DNA of 64,000 nt from Callorhinchus milii (taxonomy: Eukaryota): contig NW_024704743.1 of the NCBI RefSeq assembly GCF_018977255.1, forward strand, positions 111,726,001-111,790,000, read 5' to 3'. Positions 63,301 to 64,000 of this stretch are shown piece by piece. The notes beneath the pieces are model-generated. The model was given only the letters and a program-made list of their open reading frames with translations. It was not told the DNA's origin and searched no databases. Every line of letters starts with the position of its first letter. Within the stretch, counting starts at the first letter, position 1. The position numbers were made by a program, and so were the translations under genes.

Positions 63301-64000
63301 CAAAAATGACAAAATGACAATTCCGAGGAAGAAGAAATCTAAAATATTTCTGACACTGTGATATTGTGAATTAAAAGATGCACTTGCATGTAATTAAACT
63401 ATTAACACGAAATTAAGCTTTTTGCTTCCCTTCAAGATGTACCTTATTTAAAATTGCTGTATTTGCTCCATTTTGCAACAATTAACCCACTCGATTTAAC
63501 ATAGTGATGAATACATACGAGCTTTCAGATATTTTGCAGATTAAATTGCAGCACCGAAATACCTTCTACGTATAAAACACGACTTTGTAACCCATTTTCA
63601 TTGAGCAGCTTAAAATAATATTTGTATATAAGTATGAATATTAAAATATAATTTCGATTTTTGTAAGTTACAATGTTTGGAGTGATTTAATTCAGGGAGA
63701 GAAGCGCCTTACCTCAGACAAGCTGAATATATTAAGTAGATTTACATTATTGTGGATTTATATTTACTGGGCATTCATCTCATACAATAAAACAAGCTTC
63801 AATTTAACCCTTCAATACCTAAGCTGTCTAAATATGGGAATTTTTATTTTAAATTGCATCTGTAGAAGAAATATTCTGTGTATTTATTTCTAAAGCTGAA
63901 TGCAAAATGAGAGAAATGTACTGAACTAAAAACGTTCTTTAATGATTAGCATCGCTGAATAAAATTTTATACATTCAAAACTTGCTTTGTTCAATTAATT

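Noticed and set aside
63713..63722. 10-nt microexon (ttcag|cttgtctgag|gtaagg) on -
   Set aside because: Weak pyrimidine tract, frameshifting length and no other support
1..64000. CRISPR array or prokaryotic operon
   Set aside because: Eukaryotic spliced genes; the recurring repeats are dispersed SINE/LINE tails, not regularly spaced arrays

Overview
This is vertebrate genomic DNA, most likely from a cartilaginous fish. That inference rests on the repeat content: tRNA-headed SINEs sharing L2 3' tails, Deu-domain SINEs, and CR1/L2 LINE fragments. The window is the PEX2-ZFHX4 syntenic block. PEX2 (+) has a single coding exon, 10615-11520. ZFHX4 (-) contributes its last five coding exons (60344-60211, 59574-59374, 55807-55690, 52245-46834, 42117-40625); all phases fit, and they encode four homeodomains and many C2H2 fingers. 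Its 3' UTR probably runs to about 37970. A CpG island at about 1050-1960 looks like a bidirectional promoter shared by PEX2 and an unidentified divergent gene, whose first coding exon (1196-960, -) ends in a perfect splice donor. The remainder is intronic or intergenic, with many LINE/SINE fragments and repeat-poor blocks that may be conserved enhancers. I found no prokaryote-type system such as CRISPR. The best leads are the unknown divergent gene, an overlapping uORF at the PEX2 start, an exon-like or degraded coding island in the last ZFHX4 intron, a SINE insertion flanked by a perfect 75-bp duplication, and a LINE/SINE shared 3' hairpin.
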